Shown: positions 1 to 9,814, counted from the first letter of the stretch. The stretch: 61,975 bases of DNA from Bacteroidota bacterium (GCA_046340555.1 JBKDSL010000023.1:1-61975), one strand, 5' to 3'. Made by a program: numbers and translations. The notes: generated by a model not told the origin, from the sequence alone.

Positions 1-51
1 ACTGTAAGCCATTCAGAGGGAAATTACGCTAACCATACCCCTTATATTTCC

Positions 52-59
52 TAAATTTG
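52..59 (+). promoter_or_regulatory. Candidate Bacteroidota -7 promoter element TAAATTTG (TAnnTTTG) upstream of uppS
   Basis: Exact match to the TAnnTTTG -7 consensus of Bacteroidota sigma-A promoters, 15 nt before the ATG at 74. Confidence 0.4.
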
Positions 60-73
60 TACTCCTTTGAATC

Positions 74-817
74 ATGAGCGCCAAAGAGCGAATCGACCTT
101 TCCAAAATCCCTTCCCACGTCTGCGTGATCATGGACGGAAACGGTCGTTGGGCCAAACGTCAAGGGTTGCTCCGCACGATAGGACATCAGAATGGTGTAA
201 AGGCCGTGCGTGATACGGTAGAGGCCGCCGCAGAGATTGGCGTGAAATTCCTTACCCTGTACGCATTCTCAACAGAAAACTGGAAAAGACCTCGTTGGGA
301 GGTTGATGCACTGATGGATTTGCTGGTCAGTTCCATTAACAAGGAAACCAAAACATTGATGGATAACAATATCCGTCTTACGGCCATTGGGGATATTGAA
401 AGCCTTCCATCCAACTGCAGGAAGAATCTGCAAGAAGCCATACAAAAAACTGCAGGCAACACGCGAATGACATTAATCATTGCGCTGAGCTACAGCAGCA
501 GATGGGAAATAGTGCAGGCAGCCAAAAAAATTGCCGCTTCAGTTGCGGCTGGAAAAATGAGTGCTGACGATATTGACGACTCGGTCATTTCTGCAAACCT
601 TTGCTCATCCTTCTGCCCTGATCCGGAACTCATGATACGCACCAGCGGGGAACACCGCATCAGCAATTTCATGCTCTGGCAACTCGCATATGCGGAATTG
701 TATTTCACAGATAAATTGTGGCCTGACTTTCGTAAAGAGGACTTTTACGAAGCCATAGAAGACTTTCAAAAGCGTGACCGCCGCTATGGTATGGTCCAAG
801 AGCAAACCACCGACTGA
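74..817 (+). CDS. uppS: Undecaprenyl-diphosphate synthase (cis-prenyltransferase)
   Basis: 247-aa ORF. Contains the signature blocks HVCVIMDGNGRWA and IRTSGEHRISNFMLWQLAYAELYF. Shows uppS-bamA-skp synteny. Confidence 0.93.
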   Translation: MSAKERIDLSKIPSHVCVIMDGNGRWAKRQGLLRTIGHQNGVKAVRDTVEAAAEIGVKFLTLYAFSTENWKRPRWEVDALMDLLVSSINKETKTLMDNNIRLTAIGDIESLPSNCRKNLQEAIQKTAGNTRMTLIIALSYSSRWEIVQAAKKIAASVAAGKMSADDIDDSVISANLCSSFCPDPELMIRTSGEHRISNFMLWQLAYAELYFTDKLWPDFRKEDFYEAIEDFQKRDRRYGMVQEQTTD

Positions 818-821
818 GCCA

Positions 822-3311
822 ATGTATATACGCAAGATATTTTTTTTACTGTGCTGCCTGATCATGCCATTTCTAGCATCGGCTCAAGTCTCCGTGATTG
901 GCGACAGCACGAATGTTATCATCGATTATGCTAACCCTCGCGAATTCGAAATCGCTGGGATTACAGTCAGTGGAGTGAGATACCTCGATGAAAAAGTCCT
1001 GATTGCATTGTCGGGTTTGAATGTAGGGGATAAAATCACTGTGCCCGGTGAGAAAACAGCCAAGGCCATCGAGAACCTTTGGAAACAAGGTCTGCTTTCC
1101 GATGTGAGGATTGTTGCTACGCGTATTGTCTCCAACAATATTTTTCTTGAGTTCCGTTTGGAAGAGCGACCAAGGTTGTCAAGGTTTTCCTTCGAAGGGG
1201 TTACCAAATCGGATGCAGATAAACTCCGCGAGCAAATCAAATTGGTTTCCGGAAAGATTGTAACGGAAGATTTGGTCCAGAACACTTCCAACGAAGTGAA
1301 AAAGTTTTATGTTGACAAAGGCTTTTTCAATGTGAATGTCAGTATCGATTTGAAGGACGAGAAAAATGTGCCCAATAGCCAGATACTGACCATCGTGGTC
1401 GACAAGAAAAAAAGAGTAAAGGTGAATTCCATAACCTTTGAAGGGGTTACCCAAGTAGAGGAGAAAAGGTTGAAGCGAAAGTTGAAGGAAACGAAGGAGA
1501 AACACTTTTACAGGCTTTTCTCAACGTCCAAGTTCATCAATGAAAATTTCGAACAGGATAAGGAGTCGATAGCAAATGAATACCGTAAACTCGGATTCCG
1601 TGATGCACGCGTGGTCTTCGATTCGGTTTATGCCTACAATGATAAGTCGGTGGATATACTGATCCGCGTTTCTGAAGGACCTAAGTACTATTTCCGGAAT
1701 ATGAACTGGGTAGGCAATACCAAGTATTCAGCTTCTGATCTGGATCGAATTCTCAACATCAAGAGAGGCGAGTTGTTCAATCAGAAAAAGTTGGACGAAG
1801 GTTTGTTCGGAAGTCAATCAGGACGTGATATCACATCTATTTACATGGATAATGGGTATCTGTTTTTTCAGGTAACACCAGTTGAAGTCGCTGTCGTTGG
1901 CGATTCTATCGATTATGAAATGCGTGTTTATGAAGGTAAGCAGGCCATTGTAAACCGAATCACGATTGTAGGTAACACCAAAACAAACGACAAGGTGGTA
2001 ATGCGTGAGATACGCACAATTCCCGGACAATTATTCTCCCGCTCAGATATCATCAGAACTCAACGCGAGTTGGCTCAATTAGGTTATTTCGACCAAGAGA
2101 AATTAGGCGTGAATCCCAAGCCGAATCCACAAGACGGAACCGTAGATATCGAATACGTCGTGGAGGAGCGTCCCTCTGACCAGATTGAACTTTCTGGCGG
2201 TTGGGGTGCAGGACAGGTTGTTGGAACCCTCGGTGTTACATTCAGCAATTTCTCTGCGGCAAACTTTTTCAAGAAGGGGGCATGGACTCCTTTGCCATCA
2301 GGTGATGGTCAGCGTTTAAGCTTACGTGCCCAAACAAACGGTAAGTATTTTCAATCTTACAGCGCTTCCTTCACCGAACCTTGGCTCGGAGGTAAGAAGC
2401 CCAACTCATTGACCGTTTCAACCTTCCGCTCTATTCAGTCCAATGGACTTCCTAAATCGGATGACTCAAGGCAATCTATTGGTATCAATGGCATTTCAGT
2501 GGGGCTTGGACAGAGGCTGCGCAAACCAGACGATTACTTTAGTGTTTTTCATGAGGTCAATTACCAGTATTACGAATTGTTGAATTATTCCTCTACGTTC
2601 CTTTTTTCCGATGGATATGCCAACAACATCAACTTTCAAGAGACCGTGTCCCGTAATTCGGTTGATGCTCCTATCTATCCAAGGACTGGATCACAGTTTT
2701 CACTCACCTTGCAGTTAACGCCTCCATATTCCCTGTTCAACGACAAAGACTATGCGAAATTGGAGGACCAGGAAAAGTATAAGTTTATCGAATATCACAA
2801 ATGGAAGTTTTCGGCAGCTTGGTTTACGCCTCTTGCATGGAATAAATTGGTTTTACATGCCAGGGCTAATTTCGGATTCCTGGGCTACTATGATAAAGGC
2901 ATAGGGCAGTCGCCATTTGAGCGCTTTTACCTTGGCGGTGATGGATTGTCTGGCTTCTCATTGGACGGACGCGAAATCATCGCTCAACGGGGGTATCCCA
3001 ACAATTCTTTGAATCCACGTGGAGGTGGCACAATTTATGATAAGTACACCATGGAACTGCGTTATCCACTTTCCCTGAATCCATCGGCTACGATATATGT
3101 CATGGGTTTCCTCGAGGCTGGGAATGCGTTTGGCCGGTTCCGAGAATACAGTCCTTTCGACGTCAAAAGGGCTGCTGGTGCGGGAGTTAGGATATTCTTG
3201 CCAATGTTCGGATTGTTAGGACTGGATTGGGGCTACGGATTTGATAATGTCCCTGGTTTACCAAACAGGAACGGAGGAGAGTTCCATTTCACCATCGGAC
3301 AGCAGTTCTGA
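822..3311 (+). CDS. bamA: Outer membrane protein assembly factor BamA
   Basis: The ORF is 774..3311. The ATG at 822 gives the signal peptide MYIRKIFFLLCCLIMPFLASAQ. POTRA-like repeats are followed by an Omp85 beta-barrel ending GGEFHFTIGQQF. The length is about 830 aa. Confidence 0.9.
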   Translation: MYIRKIFFLLCCLIMPFLASAQVSVIGDSTNVIIDYANPREFEIAGITVSGVRYLDEKVLIALSGLNVGDKITVPGEKTAKAIENLWKQGLLSDVRIVATRIVSNNIFLEFRLEERPRLSRFSFEGVTKSDADKLREQIKLVSGKIVTEDLVQNTSNEVKKFYVDKGFFNVNVSIDLKDEKNVPNSQILTIVVDKKKRVKVNSITFEGVTQVEEKRLKRKLKETKEKHFYRLFSTSKFINENFEQDKESIANEYRKLGFRDARVVFDSVYAYNDKSVDILIRVSEGPKYYFRNMNWVGNTKYSASDLDRILNIKRGELFNQKKLDEGLFGSQSGRDITSIYMDNGYLFFQVTPVEVAVVGDSIDYEMRVYEGKQAIVNRITIVGNTKTNDKVVMREIRTIPGQLFSRSDIIRTQRELAQLGYFDQEKLGVNPKPNPQDGTVDIEYVVEERPSDQIELSGGWGAGQVVGTLGVTFSNFSAANFFKKGAWTPLPSGDGQRLSLRAQTNGKYFQSYSASFTEPWLGGKKPNSLTVSTFRSIQSNGLPKSDDSRQSIGINGISVGLGQRLRKPDDYFSVFHEVNYQYYELLNYSSTFLFSDGYANNINFQETVSRNSVDAPIYPRTGSQFSLTLQLTPPYSLFNDKDYAKLEDQEKYKFIEYHKWKFSAAWFTPLAWNKLVLHARANFGFLGYYDKGIGQSPFERFYLGGDGLSGFSLDGREIIAQRGYPNNSLNPRGGGTIYDKYTMELRYPLSLNPSATIYVMGFLEAGNAFGRFREYSPFDVKRAAGAGVRIFLPMFGLLGLDWGYGFDNVPGLPNRNGGEFHFTIGQQF

Positions 3312-3319
3312 AAAAACAC

Positions 3320-3327
3320 TAAATTTG
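3320..3327 (+). promoter_or_regulatory. Candidate -7 promoter element TAAATTTG upstream of skp
   Basis: Exact TAnnTTTG match 24 nt before the ATG at 3351. Confidence 0.35.
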
Positions 3328-3350
3328 CATTAAGTTAAAAACCATTCGTT

Positions 3351-3989
3351 ATGAAGAAGTTAATCTCAATGTTGGCGCTTTCGGTCATGCTTTTTTCGAC
3401 CGGAGCCATGGCTCAAAAGTGGTGCTATGTAGACACCCAATACATCCTGGATAACATTCCTGAATACAAATCAGCACAACAGCAATTGGATCAATTATCT
3501 GTTAGCTGGCAAAAGGAGGTGGAAACCAAATATGCCTTTATCGACAAACTTTACAAGGATTTCCAAGCCGAGCAAATTTTGCTTACGGATGAAATGAAGC
3601 GTAAACGTGAAAACGAAATCATTGCTAAGGAAAAAGAAGCAAAAGAATTTCAAAAATCTAAGTTTGGTTATGAAGGCGAGCTATTCAAAAAGAAACAAGA
3701 GCTCGTGAAACCGATCCAAGACAAGATTTACAACGCTATCAAGAAAATGGCTACAGAGCAGAGTTATGCAGCCATTTTCGACAAATCAAGCGACTTGATC
3801 ATGCTTTTTGCCAATCCTAAATTCGATAAGAGCGATGACATCTTGAATGCTATGGGTTATAAAGCTGCGGATAAAGGTGGCGATTCAGGCTCGGGCAAAC
3901 CAGGCAGCGGATCATCTGGCGGCGGCGGGACCACTCCTGTGAGAGAAAACCCGGCAGGTGGCGGCAGCTCTGATGTCAAACCCAAATAA
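3351..3989 (+). CDS. OmpH/Skp-family periplasmic chaperone with a Gly/Ser-rich C-terminal tail
   Basis: Signal peptide MKKLISMLALSVMLFSTGAMAQ. Coiled-coil-like K/E-rich core typical of Skp/OmpH. Lies directly downstream of bamA. Confidence 0.8.
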   Translation: MKKLISMLALSVMLFSTGAMAQKWCYVDTQYILDNIPEYKSAQQQLDQLSVSWQKEVETKYAFIDKLYKDFQAEQILLTDEMKRKRENEIIAKEKEAKEFQKSKFGYEGELFKKKQELVKPIQDKIYNAIKKMATEQSYAAIFDKSSDLIMLFANPKFDKSDDILNAMGYKAADKGGDSGSGKPGSGSSGGGGTTPVRENPAGGGSSDVKPK

Positions 3990-4041
3990 TCTTTAATTGA
4001 CTTTACCATTCAAATCTTCAACTAATCAAACAATCCCAATT

Positions 4042-4551
4042 ATGAAAAGTGCTCTCTTAACCATTGCGTTTGCCTTGGTCTTCTCAATTCCTGCTTCTTT
4101 CGCACAACATGCAAAGCTAGGTCATATCAACACTAGCCAGTTGGTGTTGCTACTTCCTGAAATGAAAGCTGCTGATTCCACTTTGCAGAAATTCAGTGCA
4201 TCATTGGAATCTCAATTGAAGGTAATGTTCAGCGAATACCAATCCAAGGTTTCGGATTTCAAGGCCTCTGAAGCTACCATGGCCGAGCCTGTCCGTCAGA
4301 CCAAAGCCAAAGAGGTAGACGACCTCGAGCAAAGAATTCGCCAGTTCCAAGAAGATGCTGAAACTTCCGTTCAAAAAAAGGAGCAGGAGCTTTTAGCGCC
4401 TATCTCAAAGAAAGTAGAGGAAGCAATCAAAACCGTTGCCAAGGAGAAAGGATATGCCTACATTTTTGACATGAGCCGCGGCTCGGTCATTTATGCTCAG
4501 GATTCTGATGACATCATGCCAATGGTAAAAACCAAACTCGGATTGAAATAA
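4042..4551 (+). CDS. OmpH/Skp-family periplasmic chaperone (second paralog)
   Basis: The ORF 3997..4551 starts at TTG. The ATG at 4042 gives the signal peptide MKSALLTIAFALVFSIPASFAQ. The Skp-like core includes KGYAYIFD. Tandem skp genes after bamA are common in Bacteroidota. Confidence 0.8.
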   Translation: MKSALLTIAFALVFSIPASFAQHAKLGHINTSQLVLLLPEMKAADSTLQKFSASLESQLKVMFSEYQSKVSDFKASEATMAEPVRQTKAKEVDDLEQRIRQFQEDAETSVQKKEQELLAPISKKVEEAIKTVAKEKGYAYIFDMSRGSVIYAQDSDDIMPMVKTKLGLK

Positions 4552-4571
4552 TCTCTGATCCGATGCAATTA

Positions 4572-4620
4572 AGCCTCCGGTTGAAACCTTTGATAGTTTC
4601 ACTGGAGGCTTTTCAATTTT
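4572..4620 (+). terminator. Rho-independent terminator after the skp pair
   Basis: AGCCTCC (4572-4578) pairs with GGAGGCT (4604-4610). An inner GAAAC/GTTTC pairing is also present, and TTTCAATTTT follows the stem. Confidence 0.55.
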
Positions 4621-4642
4621 TAACTTGTAGCTATAATTTAAG

Positions 4643-5479
4643 TTGACTGCCAAGAAAACATCTCAAAACGCCAAGCAGGCGCCTATTGGAATCTTCGACT
4701 CGGGTATCGGAGGGCTTACAGTTGCCGACGCGATTTTGAAACAAATGCCTGCCGAATCTATCGTCTATTTCGGCGACACCGCTCATATGCCTTACGGCGA
4801 GAAATCCGCGGACGCCATACGCGGTTATGCAATACGGATAACGGATTTCCTGTTGGAAAACGGCTGTAAAGCCATCGTGATCGCATGCAACTCAGCATCC
4901 TCGGTCGCTTACGAAACAGTCAAACAACATGCCGCAGGCAGAGCGGTGGTGTTGGATGTGATTAATCCGGTGGTGGAAAAAGTCTCTTCACTTAGGTCGG
5001 TACACCAGGTTGGTGTTATCGGTACGCGTGCAACTATCCGATCCAATGCTTACGCTCAAGGAATCGCATCCAAGGCCCCCGATAAAAAAGTCAGCTCCTT
5101 GGCTACTCCATTATTGGCACCAATGATTGAAGAAGGCTTTTTCAATAACAACATCAGCCGCACCATCATCAACAATTACCTGTCTAGGCCCAAATTGAAA
5201 AAGATCGATGCGCTGATTTTGGCTTGCACGCACTATCCACTCATACGAAAGGAAATCGGAGAATTTTATAAAAGTGAAATACTAATAGTTGATTCTGCCG
5301 AGATAGTAGCTGCTAAACTCCACACCATCCTGAAAAAAGAGAAACTGCTTGCAGATCGAAAGAAAGCCGGTGTCAAAAGGTTTTTTGTTTCCGACCTCAC
5401 CACTTCCTTTGAAAAGAGTACGCGTATATTCCTCAAGGGGAAAATCAAACTCGAATTACGCAACTTGTGGAAAGGCTGA
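4643..5479 (+). CDS. murI: Glutamate racemase
   Basis: Contains IGIFDSGIGGLTV, ACNSASS and ACTHYP, the two catalytic Cys blocks of MurI. The only in-frame start before these motifs is TTG at 4643, so the start is uncertain. Confidence 0.88.
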   Translation: MTAKKTSQNAKQAPIGIFDSGIGGLTVADAILKQMPAESIVYFGDTAHMPYGEKSADAIRGYAIRITDFLLENGCKAIVIACNSASSVAYETVKQHAAGRAVVLDVINPVVEKVSSLRSVHQVGVIGTRATIRSNAYAQGIASKAPDKKVSSLATPLLAPMIEEGFFNNNISRTIINNYLSRPKLKKIDALILACTHYPLIRKEIGEFYKSEILIVDSAEIVAAKLHTILKKEKLLADRKKAGVKRFFVSDLTTSFEKSTRIFLKGKIKLELRNLWKG

Positions 5480-5480
5480 T

Positions 5481-6005
5481 TCAGCCATTATCTTGCGAGT
5501 ACCATTTGGAATACATCAGGTAGTTCCGGGCAATCCTTCCATTCAAATCCTTGAAATGTTCGGGAGTCATTTGCTTGATTTTTTTTGCAGGGACTCCCGC
5601 CCAAATACTACCGGGCTCTACAATGGTGTTCTCCAATACAACCGCACCTGCAGCAATCATCGCACCCTCGCCAATCACAGCATGGTCCATTACAATGGCA
5701 CCCATACCGATCAAAACATGATCGTGAAGCGTACAACCATGTACGATGGCACAATGGCCGATGGAAACGTCGTTGCCAATGATTGTTTGAGCCTTTTCGT
5801 AAGTGCAATGGATGACCGCCTGGTCTTGAATGTTGACGCGGTTACCGATCGAGATGGAGTTCACATCACCTCGAACTACCGCATTGAACCAGACCGAACA
5901 TTCATCACCCATGGTGACTTCTCCGATAACCGTAGCATTTGGAGCTAGAAAGCAGTCTTTTCCAAATTTCGGGGTAATGCCCCGTACGGGGATGATATGT
6001 GCCAT
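5481..6005 (-). CDS. Gamma-class carbonic anhydrase-like / hexapeptide-repeat (LbH) protein
   Basis: 174 aa. Left-handed beta-helix hexapeptide repeats (VIGEVTMGDECSVWFNAVVRGDVNSISIGNRVNIQD...). Typical YrdA/PaaY/CaiE-family length. Confidence 0.85.
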   Translation of the reverse strand: MAHIIPVRGITPKFGKDCFLAPNATVIGEVTMGDECSVWFNAVVRGDVNSISIGNRVNIQDQAVIHCTYEKAQTIIGNDVSIGHCAIVHGCTLHDHVLIGMGAIVMDHAVIGEGAMIAAGAVVLENTIVEPGSIWAGVPAKKIKQMTPEHFKDLNGRIARNYLMYSKWYSQDNG

Positions 6006-6046
6006 AGGATCGAGATTATACCTGCCAAATTAGGAATACTTCGCTC

Positions 6047-6054
6047 TAAATTTG
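6047..6054 (+). promoter_or_regulatory. Candidate -7 promoter element TAAATTTG
   Basis: Exact TAnnTTTG match 15 nt before the ATG at 6069. Confidence 0.35.
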
Positions 6055-6068
6055 ACTAAATTTACCTT

Positions 6069-6545
6069 ATGAAAAAATTTATCCCTTGTTTATTGGTGCT
6101 TTCAATAGGCGCGTTTTCACTTGTATCGTGCTCCGATGAAGAAACATATCCCGTTACGCCAGTAATCGCTTTCAAGTCGTTGGAGAAATACCAATCACTT
6201 TCTGGCTTGGATTCCTTGGTGCTGGCTTTTTCATTCACCGACGGCGACGGTGATATAGGTACTGTCGCTTCCGACTCCTTTGGGAGAGATGTTTATGTCA
6301 GGCTATTCGAGAAGAATAACGGTGTTTTTGAAGAGGCACAGTTGAACGCACCTTTAGAGTACCGTGTTCCATACTTGGAACCTCGTGGCAACAATTCGTC
6401 CCTCAAGGGAGATATCAGAATCAACATTGATTACAATATCTTGCGGCCCAACGACACTATTTATTACAAAGCAGTTCTGGAAGACAGAGCTGGAAACCGC
6501 AGCAACGAGATTTCAACGGCAACCATCGTTACTAGAATACAATGA
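6069..6545 (+). CDS. Small hypothetical lipoprotein
   Basis: 158 aa. Lipoprotein signal MKKFIPCLLVLSIGAFSLVSC. Contains an acidic FTDGDGDIG motif. I recognise no family. Confidence 0.6.
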   Translation: MKKFIPCLLVLSIGAFSLVSCSDEETYPVTPVIAFKSLEKYQSLSGLDSLVLAFSFTDGDGDIGTVASDSFGRDVYVRLFEKNNGVFEEAQLNAPLEYRVPYLEPRGNNSSLKGDIRINIDYNILRPNDTIYYKAVLEDRAGNRSNEISTATIVTRIQ

Positions 6546-6549
6546 TTTT

Positions 6550-7620
6550 TTAGTTGAAGGCGAAGCCGTTCGGCGCTATACCCACTCCAATCGAATCAAC
6601 ACGTATTCCATTCAAGTCGTATCGGAGTACATAGCCATTCTGCGTGAAGCTTGGAGCAACACCACCCCAGACATTTCCATTGTTCGGATCGATACCAAGT
6701 CCATAAAAACTGCCAGAAACATTCGGACTACTTGGTAATACAAGATCATCCGCATTCATCGAGTAAATGGCTCCAGTGTAACCATCCAATCCGTTTAAGA
6801 AGTAGAGCATGGTGCCATCCGAATTGGTTTGAAGTTTCAATGGGTGCTCAAATTGCCCCATAGGCATTACCAATTCTGTGGCAAAGGTATTGGCATTGAT
6901 CCTCCATAAAGAACCTGCCACATCATCTGCAGTGCCACCAATGTAATCAGGTCCTGTAGAGCCATTGCATAAAACCCAGATTCGTCCGTGGTCGTCTTTC
7001 TGAATACTATTTGGCCCTAATCCAACAGTTATGGTAGCCAACAATGACCAGGTATTTAAATCTATAATGCTGACTGTGCTGTCGCCACTGTTTGGTACGA
7101 ACAATTTATCACCAGCCAACAGCAATTGCTCCGGTAATAAGCCCACGTCAATGGAAGAAATAATGGCGTGCTGGTCCAAGTCGACCATCTTAACTGATTT
7201 GCTGCTCCAATCGGTTACATAACCCCGGTTGCCTGCCGAAACCATGTAGCGTGGTCCTGAAAAACCTGTGATGGTGGCAATGCTGGTAACACCAGGAACT
7301 TGTACCACTTCGATTTTTTGTGAATTGTTCATCACTAAATATCCTTTTCCTTGATGGATATGGAATGACTGAGCAATATCGCCCGCGGCAAATCCATTTA
7401 CCGACTGGAAGAGATTGTTGGTGACGGAGCCGTTGGAACCACTGATGAAGGATAGCTCTCCGTTGCCCGCGAAAAACGTACCCTCATTCACCACATAAAC
7501 ACCACTGCCCGTAGGAGGAGTTACAGCGTCCATGTCGTCCTTTTTGCAGGATTGGAACATCAATGAAGATAGCAAAAGGATGAAGTAAAAATTAGTGGGA
7601 AAGGTTTTTGATGAATTCAT
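6550..7620 (-). CDS. Surface lipoprotein with YncE-like (YVTN-type) beta-propeller repeats; candidate B12-capture accessory protein (BtuG-like position)
   Basis: Lipoprotein signal ...LLLSSLMFQSC. About 7 repeats of a GxxP...G.lyV.n.....v.viD type pattern (VYVVNEG, GYLVMNNSQKIEVV, GYVTDWSSKSVKMVDL, LFVPNSGDSTVSIIDL, IWVLCNG, LYFLNG, VWGG). The start lies 2 nt after the stop of the riboswitch-controlled TonB receptor. Confidence 0.7.
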   Translation of the reverse strand: MNSSKTFPTNFYFILLLSSLMFQSCKKDDMDAVTPPTGSGVYVVNEGTFFAGNGELSFISGSNGSVTNNLFQSVNGFAAGDIAQSFHIHQGKGYLVMNNSQKIEVVQVPGVTSIATITGFSGPRYMVSAGNRGYVTDWSSKSVKMVDLDQHAIISSIDVGLLPEQLLLAGDKLFVPNSGDSTVSIIDLNTWSLLATITVGLGPNSIQKDDHGRIWVLCNGSTGPDYIGGTADDVAGSLWRINANTFATELVMPMGQFEHPLKLQTNSDGTMLYFLNGLDGYTGAIYSMNADDLVLPSSPNVSGSFYGLGIDPNNGNVWGGVAPSFTQNGYVLRYDLNGIRVDSIGVGIAPNGFAFN

Positions 7621-7622
7621 TT

Positions 7623-9542
7623 TTAAGATTTATTGTTTGTATGCGTGAATTTCAGTCCAACACTAAACCACCTGCCTGGCGATGGACGGTATGGCATAAT
7701 TTGATATTCCGTATCGTATAGGTTATATGCACTTGCAGTAATCGCGAAACCTGACCGATTGAGCTTAAACCAGTGCTCTAATCTCAAGTCGGCTAAAACA
7801 TAACCATCCAGCCATTGCGTATTATCCGCATCCGTATAGCGGGATCCGGTGAAGGAATGATTAATCACTACCGTGGTATTTCCTTTTTTGTAGAATATGC
7901 CAGCGGTGGCTTTGTGATTGGGGATGTGCATCAGTTGATTTCCTAGCAGGTGTATTTCATTTGCATGGTAGGTTTCAATCATGCTGGAGGAAACAAAAGA
8001 ATACTCGGCGGAGAAATCAATTACGGATTTACTGAATGATTGCCGGTGGGTGATGAGTATTTCTCCACCTTTGGTTTCAACTTTTCGTAAGTTGTCGGGA
8101 GCATATATGCCGCCTGTGGTAGGTTGCCAGCGGATCCAATTCTCGGTTTTGCTACCAAATGCATTGATTCTGATTTTCGTTTTTTCAAAAGATGGAATCT
8201 TCAACTCCAAACCCAACTCGCCGTTCCATGCATCCTCAGCCAACAAGTCAGGGTTTCCACCCGGCACCCAATAAAGATCGTTCATGGATGGAATGTGGTA
8301 ATTGCGACCAATTGAGGCATGTGCAACAAGCATGTTTTTATAGACATTGGCTTCTAAGCCTAGTTGCGGTATGAATCTGGGCGCATTGGAATAGAGCATT
8401 TCTTTTCGAAGATTCAACTGGGCTCTCAGTTTTTCCAAGTGGTTGAACTTGACTCCTGAATAGATGGAGAAAAGTTCGCGACGTTGCAGCTCCGATCCAT
8501 ATTCATTGAATTTGGCAGATGATCCAGAGTAGTTAGTTCCGGCGCTTATGATGAGTGAACGACTCAAAACCCTGCGCCACTCAACATCCCCTGTCAAGGT
8601 TCGTGAGGGATAGTAAGTTGTGATTGAATATTCAGGATCGTTGTATCGCTGGTACTCATAAAAAAAACCGCCATTGGCATGAACGCCCCATTTTTGCTTA
8701 TTGATTTTGTAAGTGCCCACCAATCTTAAAGAGCTGTCGGTTTGTGTAGCATCACTGGAGGGGTCGGTCATCAAAGGAGGAATCTCCCTCGACAAAGTCT
8801 GGTACCAGGCACTCAAGCCGGCGTACTGGTCGGCTCCGGTCTTGAAACGTAAATCCTGCATGATTCCAAATCCGCTGTTAGCTGCATTGGTTAGCCGCTG
8901 TTCGGGAAAATCTCGGTTGGCCCGATTTACGAACTTGAAGTTGTTGTTGGCTGAACAGTAAAAGACTTGTGTTTTGCTCTCCACAAATTTTCCCGCCCAT
9001 TGAGAGGAGAGTGATGTGTTAAATGTTCCAAAGCTTCCTATCTCCGAGGAAGCGGAAATAACACTGCGCTTCTCAAATAGTGGATCTGATGGTAATAAGT
9101 GTACACTTCCTCCAATCGATGAGGATCCGTTGATGGCACAAGAGCCTCCGCGAACAATCAATATGCGGTCGCAAAAAGAAACAGGGGTCAACGACAAATC
9201 ATTCAATCCGAGTGTAGGCGAGGAGATGTTCAGTCCATTCCAAAAGACTGCGGTATGTCGAGCTTCGGTGCCGCGAGACGAAAGGGTGGAGGATCCTCCG
9301 GCTCCATAGGTTTTAACAAACAGTGCGGATTGTTGAGAGAGCAATTCGCCTAAATTGTTTCCTTGAGATGTAGCAACAAATGCTGAATCCAACAAGGTGG
9401 TTGAATTTCCAATAGAGAAAAGCAACGGACGTTCGGCTACGATTTCAGCGGCAGGCAAAACCAAGGTGTCTTTTTGCTGCGCGAATAGGCTTTGCGTGCA
9501 GCAAGAAAAAAACAACATGATTTTTGCGACTGTGGTCCTCAT
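7623..9542 (-). CDS. btuB: TonB-dependent outer-membrane receptor, BtuB-like (cobalamin)
   Basis: About 639 aa from the ATG at 9542. Signal peptide MRTTVAKIMLFFSCCTQSLFAQ. The TonB box DTLVLPAAEIV resembles E. coli BtuB DTLVVTA. Plug plus a 22-strand-size barrel ending in an aromatic residue. A cobalamin riboswitch lies immediately upstream. Confidence 0.85.
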   Translation of the reverse strand: MRTTVAKIMLFFSCCTQSLFAQQKDTLVLPAAEIVAERPLLFSIGNSTTLLDSAFVATSQGNNLGELLSQQSALFVKTYGAGGSSTLSSRGTEARHTAVFWNGLNISSPTLGLNDLSLTPVSFCDRILIVRGGSCAINGSSSIGGSVHLLPSDPLFEKRSVISASSEIGSFGTFNTSLSSQWAGKFVESKTQVFYCSANNNFKFVNRANRDFPEQRLTNAANSGFGIMQDLRFKTGADQYAGLSAWYQTLSREIPPLMTDPSSDATQTDSSLRLVGTYKINKQKWGVHANGGFFYEYQRYNDPEYSITTYYPSRTLTGDVEWRRVLSRSLIISAGTNYSGSSAKFNEYGSELQRRELFSIYSGVKFNHLEKLRAQLNLRKEMLYSNAPRFIPQLGLEANVYKNMLVAHASIGRNYHIPSMNDLYWVPGGNPDLLAEDAWNGELGLELKIPSFEKTKIRINAFGSKTENWIRWQPTTGGIYAPDNLRKVETKGGEILITHRQSFSKSVIDFSAEYSFVSSSMIETYHANEIHLLGNQLMHIPNHKATAGIFYKKGNTTVVINHSFTGSRYTDADNTQWLDGYVLADLRLEHWFKLNRSGFAITASAYNLYDTEYQIMPYRPSPGRWFSVGLKFTHTNNKS

Positions 9543-9641
9543 CAATTTGGTTTTTCGCCAAACGGCGGAAAAAGAGGACGTTCAGGGACACAGCCCTGAT
9601 TTATACGCCCAATCCTTTCCTCCGAAAGACGGCAATAACTC

Positions 9642-9814
9642 AATTACGGCAGGTCTTCTGACTCACCCATCCATCCGGCCTTCCCGTTATCAACCGACAA
9701 CAGTGGCAATTTTCGGACGGAGTTAAACTCCGGGCTTACAGCAGCGGGGACTGTTCCGGACTTACACCGGATTCCCTTTTAATGACGGGTAATAATTACC
9801 AGCCAACCGTAATT
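9642..9814 (-). promoter_or_regulatory. Cobalamin (B12) riboswitch aptamer
   Basis: The minus strand reads AAAAGGGAATCCGGTGTAAGTCCGGAACAGTCCCCGCTGCTGTAAGCC...GCCACTGTTGTCGGTTGATAACGGGAAGGCC...AGTCAGAAGACCTGCC. The B12 box lies at 9648-9663. A P1-like closing helix pairs AATTACGG (9807-9814) with CCGTAATT (9642-9649). Confidence 0.88.
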
